From Tubiluchus corallicola (taxonomy: Eukaryota; Animalia; Priapulida): 30,549 bases of DNA. A model generated the notes under the pieces. The model searched no databases. It was not told where the DNA came from and worked only from the letters and a program-made list of their open reading frames with translations. The translations under genes were made by a program, and so were the position numbers. Positions 25,252 to 30,549 of the stretch are shown here, one piece after another; within the stretch, counting starts at the first letter, position 1; every line of letters begins with the position of its first letter. Location of the stretch: the NCBI GenBank assembly GCA_030141605.1, contig JAQGDQ010001666.1:1-30549 (forward strand). The letters are read 5' to 3'.

Positions 25252-25672
25252 ATGTAAATAGAAAAGAAAATTCTAAATTTAAAATGTTCGCGCCACCTGG
25301 TAAAATGTCACTGCATCGCCATCCCACTGTGCACCACTGATTCACCAAAAACACATTATTGATCTTTTCGACAAGATAAAGTAATTTAAACTTTTGCTTA
25401 GTTAGTGAAGAGTGCTCGCTACGGATGTTAAGATTATTTTTTCAAACTTTATGCAATAAAGTGCATAAAGTTATTTAAATGTTTTAGATGACTCATCGTT
25501 AAATGGTTTAACCTAACGGTCATAGAGGAAGTTTAAATTTACAAGTTTTTTACACACACTTACTGTTAACGCACACCCTGTATAAAATAAGACAGTAACG
25601 TAAGTGAAATAAAATTTCAAGACAAATTTTTAATCTTCGTTTATGAAGAGCGTCTCCTTGTGCTTTGAAATG
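25200..25672 (+). mobile_element. Interspersed repeat family, copy C
   Basis: Colinear with 14600-15090, from TCCATACAAACTTAT to CTTGTGCT. Confidence 0.8.
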
Positions 25673-25797
25673 TTTTATTGCAAGAAGGAAGGGTCTTCAT
25701 CCATCACATGGTGGGTGGAAGTTTGAAAGATGATTTCAAGTACCTTATGAAACTTGTCAGCAACTCCCCCTGGAAAAGTGATGCAATAGCACAGAGA

Positions 25798-28700
25798 TGC
25801 TGCCCATGTGTAGATCTAGGTATAGTGCAGTGCACTGCTGCCCATGTGTAGATCTAGGTATAGTGCAGTACATTGCTGCCCATGTGTAGATCTAGGTATA
25901 GTACAGTACATTGCTGCCCATGTGTAGATCTAGGTATAGTGCAGTACATTGCTGCCCATGTGTAGATCTAGGTATAGCGTAGGACATTGCTGCCCATGTG
26001 TAGATCTAGGTATAGTGCAGTACATTGCTGCCCATGTGTAGATCTAGGTATAGTGCAGTACATTGCTGCCCATGTGTAGATCTAGGTATAGTGCAGTACA
26101 TTGCTGCCCATGTGTAGATCTAGGTATAGTGTAGTACATTGCTGCCCATGTGTAGATCTAGGTATAGTGTAGTACATTGCTGCCCATGTGTAGATCTAGG
26201 TATAGTGCAGTACATTGCTGCCCATGTGTAGATCTAGGTATAGTGTAGTACATTGCTGCCCATGTGTAGATCTAGGTATAGTGTAGGACATTGCTGCCCA
26301 TGTGTAGATCTAGGTATAGTGCAGTACATTGCTGCCCATGTGTAGATCTAGGTATAGTGCAGTACATTGCTGCCCATGTGTAGATCTAGGTATAGTGTAG
26401 CACATTGCTGCCCATGTGTAGATCTAGGTATAGTGAAGTACATTCCTGTCCATGTGTAGATCTAGGTATAGTGTAGTACATTGCTGCCCATGTGTAGATC
26501 TAGGTATAGTGCAGTACATTGCTGCCCATGTGTAGATCTAGGTATAGTGTAGGACATTGCTGCCCATGTGTAGATCTAGGTATAGTGTAGTACATTGCTG
26601 CCCATGTGTAGATCTAGGTATAGTGCAGTGCATTGCTGACCATGTGTAGATCTAGGTATAGTGCAGTGCATTGCTGACCATGTGTAGATCTAGGTATAGT
26701 GTAGTACATTTTTGCCCATGTGTAGATCTAGGTATAGTGTAGTACATTCCTGTCCATGTGTAGATCTAGGTATAGTGTAGGACATTGCTGCCCATGTGTA
26801 GATCTAGGTATAGTGTAGTACATTGCTGCCCATGTGTAGATCTAGGTATAGTGCAGTGCATTGCTGACCATGTGTAGATCTGGGTATAGTGGAGTACATT
26901 GCTGCCCATGTGTAGATCTAAGTATAGTGCAGGACATTGCTGCCCATGTGTAGATCTAGGTATAGTGCAGTACATTGCTGCCCATGTGTAGATCTAGGTA
27001 TAGTGCAGTACATTGCTGCCCATGTGTAGATCTAGGTATAGTGTAGTACATTGCTGCCCATGTGTAGATCTAGGTATAGTGCAGTACATTGCTGCCCATG
27101 TGTAGATCTAGGTATAGTGCAGTACATTGCTGCCCATGTGTAGATCTAGGTATAGTGCAGTACATTGCTGCCCATGTGTAGATCTAGGTATAGTGCAGTA
27201 CATTGCTGCCCATGTGTAGATCTAGGTATAGTGCAGTACATTGCTGCCCATGTGTAGATCTAGGTATAGTGCAGTGCACTGCTGCCCATGTGTAGATCTA
27301 GGTATAGTGCAGGACATTGATGCCCATGTGTAGATCTAGGTATAGTGCAGTACATTGCTGCCCATGTGTAGATCTAGGTATAGTGCAGTACATTGCTGCC
27401 CATGTGTAGATCTAGGTATAGTGCAGTGCACTGCTGCCCATGTGTAGATTATAGTGCAGTACATTGCTGCCAATGTGTAGATCTAGGTATAGTGTAGTAC
27501 ATTGCTGCCCATGTGTAGATTATAGTGCAGTACATTGCTGCCCATGTGTAGATCTAGGTATAGTGCAGTACATTGCTGCCCATGTGTAGATCTAGGTATA
27601 GTGCAGTACATTGCTGCCCATGTGTAGATCTAGGTATAGTGCAGTACATTGATGCCAATGTGTAGATCTAGGTATAGTGTAGTACATTGCTGCCCATGTG
27701 TAGATTATAGTGCAGTACATTGCTGCCCATGTGTAGATCTAGGTATAGTGCAGTACATTGCTGCCCATGTGTAGATCTAGGTATAGTGCAGTACATTGCT
27801 GCCCATGTGTAGATCTAGGTATAGTGCAGTGCACTGCTGCCCATGTGTAGATCTAGGTATAGTGCAGGACATTGATGCCCATGTGTAGATCTAGGTATAG
27901 TGCAGTACATTGCTGCCCATGTGTAGATCTGGGTATAGTGCAGTACATTGCTGCCCATGTGTAGATCTGGGTATAGTGCAGTGCACTGCTGCCCATGTGT
28001 AGATTATAGTGCAGTACATTGCTGCCCATGTGTAGATCTAGGTATAGTGCAGTGCACTGCTGCCCATGTGTAGATTATAGTGCAGTACATTGCTGCCAAT
28101 GTGTAGATCTAGGTATAGTGCAGTACATTGCTGCCCATGTGTAGATCTAGGTATAGTGCAGTACATTGCTGCCAATGTGTAGATCTAGGTATAGTGCAGT
28201 ACATTGCTGCCCATGTGTAGATCTAGGTATAGTGCAGTACATTGATGCCAATGTGTAGATCTAGGTATAGTGTAGTACATTGCTGCCAATGTGTAGATCT
28301 AGGTATAGTGCAGTACATTGATGCCCATGTGTAGATCTAGGTACAGTGCAGTACATTGCTGCCCATGTGTAGATCTAGGTATAGTGCAGTACATTGCTGC
28401 CCATGTGTAAATCTAGGTATAGTGCAGTGCACTGCAGCCCATGTGTAGATCTAGGTATAGTGCAGTACATTGCTGCCAATGTGTAGATCTAGGTATAGTG
28501 CAGTACATTGCTGCCCATGTGTAGATCTAGGTATAGTGCAGTGCACTGCTGCCCATGTGTAGATCTAGGTATAGTGCAGGACATTGATGCCCATGTGTAG
28601 ATCTAGGTATAGTGCAGTACATTGCTGCCCATGTGTAGATCTAGGTATAGTGCAGTACATTGCTGCCCATGTGTAGATCTAGGTATAGTGCAGTGCACTG

Positions 28701-30104
28701 CTGCCCATGTGTAGATTATAGTGCAGTGCACTGCTGCCCATGTGTAGATCTAGGTATAGTGCAGGACATTGATGCCCATGTGTAGATCTAGGTATAGTGC
28801 AGTACATTGCTGCCCATGTGTAGATCTAGGTATAGTGCAGTACATTGCTGCCCATGTGTAGATCTAGGTATAGTGCAGTGCACTGCTGCCCATGTGTAGA
28901 TTATAGTGCAGTACATTGCTGCCCATGTGTAGATCTAGGTATAGTGCAGTGCACTGCTGCCCATGTGTAGATTATAGTGCAGTACATTGCTGCCAATGTG
29001 TAGATCTAGGTATAGTGCAGTACATTGCTGCCCATGTGTAGATCTAGGTATAGTGCAGTACATTGCTGCCAATGTGTAGATCTAGGTATAGTGCAGTACA
29101 TTGCTGCCCATGTGTAGATCTAGGTATAGTGCAGTACATTGATGCCAATGTGTAGATCTAGGTATAGTGTAGTACATTGCTGCCAATGTGTAGATCTAGG
29201 TATAGTGCAGTACATTGATGCCCATGTGTAGATCTAGGTACAGTGCAGTACATTGCTGCCCATGTGTAGATCTAGGTATAGTGCAGTACATTGCTGCCCA
29301 TGTGTAAATCTAGGTATAGTGCAGTGCACTGCAGCCCATGTGTAGATCTAGGTATAGTGCAGTACATTGCTGCCAATGTGTAGATCTAGGTATAGTGCAG
29401 TACATTGCTGCCCATGTGTAGATCTAGGTATAGTGCAGTGCATTGATGCCAATGTGTAGATCTAGGTATAGTGCAGTACACTGCTGCCCATGTGTAGATC
29501 TAGGTATAGTGCAGTACATTGATGCCAATGTGTAGATCTAGGTATAGTGCAGTACATTGCTGCCAATGTGTAGATCTAGGTATAGTGCAGTACATTGCTG
29601 CCAATGTGTAGATCTAGGTATAGTGCAGTACACTGCTGCCCATGTGTAGATCTAGGTATAGTGCAGTACATTGATGCCAATGTGTAGATCTAGGTATAGT
29701 GTAGTACATTGCTGCCAATGTGTAGATCTAGGTATAGTGCAGTACATTGCTGCCAATGTGTAGATCTAGGTATAGTGCAGTACATTGCTGCCCATGTGTA
29801 GATCTAGGTATAGTGCAGTACATTGCTGCCAATGTGTAGATCTAGGTATAGTGCAGTACATTGCTGCCCATGTGTAGATCTAGGTATAGTGTAGTACATT
29901 GCTGCCCATGTGTAGATCTAGGTATAGTGCAGTACATTGCTGCCCATGTGTAGATCTAGGTATAGTGCAGTACATTGCTGCCCATGTGTAGATCTAGGTA
30001 TAGTGCAGTACACTGCTGCCCATGTGTAGATCTAGGTATAGTGCAGTACATTGCTGCCCATGTGTAGATCTAGGTATAGTGCAGTACACTGCTGCCCATG
30101 TGTA
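25798..30104. repeat. 38-bp satellite array, ~4.3 kb, ~114 copies, with higher-order structure
   Basis: TGCTGCCCATGTGTAGATCTAGGTATAGTGCAGTACAT; recurrent 5-bp (CTAGG) deletion variants and point variants. Confidence 0.99.
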
Positions 30105-30326
30105 ATGCAACAACCTAATATAGGGTTTTCCCAAACCAGACCCTGCCAATGAGTGGAACATCTCAGGAAAATACAAATAATGTTGTATAACATGTAGTCA
30201 AAATTTGTCTTCGCAATAGTAACAACAAACACATCCATGTAAATGTAATCATTTAGCTTCATTTATTAAAAAAAAGTTTTATAAAAAAAACGCACAGAAA
30301 ATCAAGCTCATCGAATTTATTGTTCA

Positions 30327-30340
30327 GTTACCATAGCAAC
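30327..30340. promoter_or_regulatory. RFX X-box consensus match
   Basis: GTTACCATAGCAAC fits GTNRCC-N(0-3)-RGYAAC exactly; lies upstream of the JAKMIP coding exons in gene orientation. Confidence 0.5.
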
Positions 30341-30549
30341 CCGCAATGCTTCACCAAAGTTTACCTGATTATACGACTACCGTTTTAACCTTTAAAATGC
30401 TTTAACAAATTGTCCTATCATTAAAAAAACATGAGCAAAGATTACAAGATTTCATTTGATGGTCAATCATACCCGAACACTCCGTAATTATAAGCAAGAA
30501 AATCATATTGAGCAAAGTCGGTATAATAACAACACAGCGCATCAGCAAA

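Noticed and set aside
25322-25331. CACAGTG (RSS/Transib heptamer) on the minus strand as a Transib/RAG-like transposon end
   Set aside because: Internal to a longer repeat, not conserved in copies A and B (CACACTG), and no partner TIR, nonamer or transposase was seen.

Overview
AT-rich, repeat-dense eukaryotic DNA, most likely from an invertebrate animal; the taxon cannot be fixed from the sequence. The only supported protein-coding gene is on the minus strand and resembles the N-terminus of JAKMIP/Marlin-1 (Janus kinase and microtubule-interacting protein family). Two coding exons are visible (12171-11500 and 2501-2307, phase-0 GT-AG intron of ~9 kb) and the gene continues off the left edge. 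The rest is intron or upstream DNA. It holds minisatellite/satellite arrays (55, ~137, 53, 51, 25, 73 and 38 bp units), long microsatellites, six decayed non-LTR retrotransposon ORF C-termini, a complete Tc1/mariner-type MITE, tRNA-derived SINE-like heads and a three-copy interspersed repeat. Nearly all other supplied ORFs are repeat artefacts, and there is no CRISPR array or prokaryotic system. Three things stand out. (1) The JAKMIP splice acceptor is amplified to 8 tandem copies, and GTAAGT donor-like repeats sit at the other end of the same intron. (2) Several tandem arrays sit between direct duplications of 11-66 bp, and removing them restores the reading frame of the dead transposon they interrupt. 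(3) There is an intronic ETS/CRE/E-box cluster and two RFX X-box matches. Protein family calls come from recalled motifs, not database searches.
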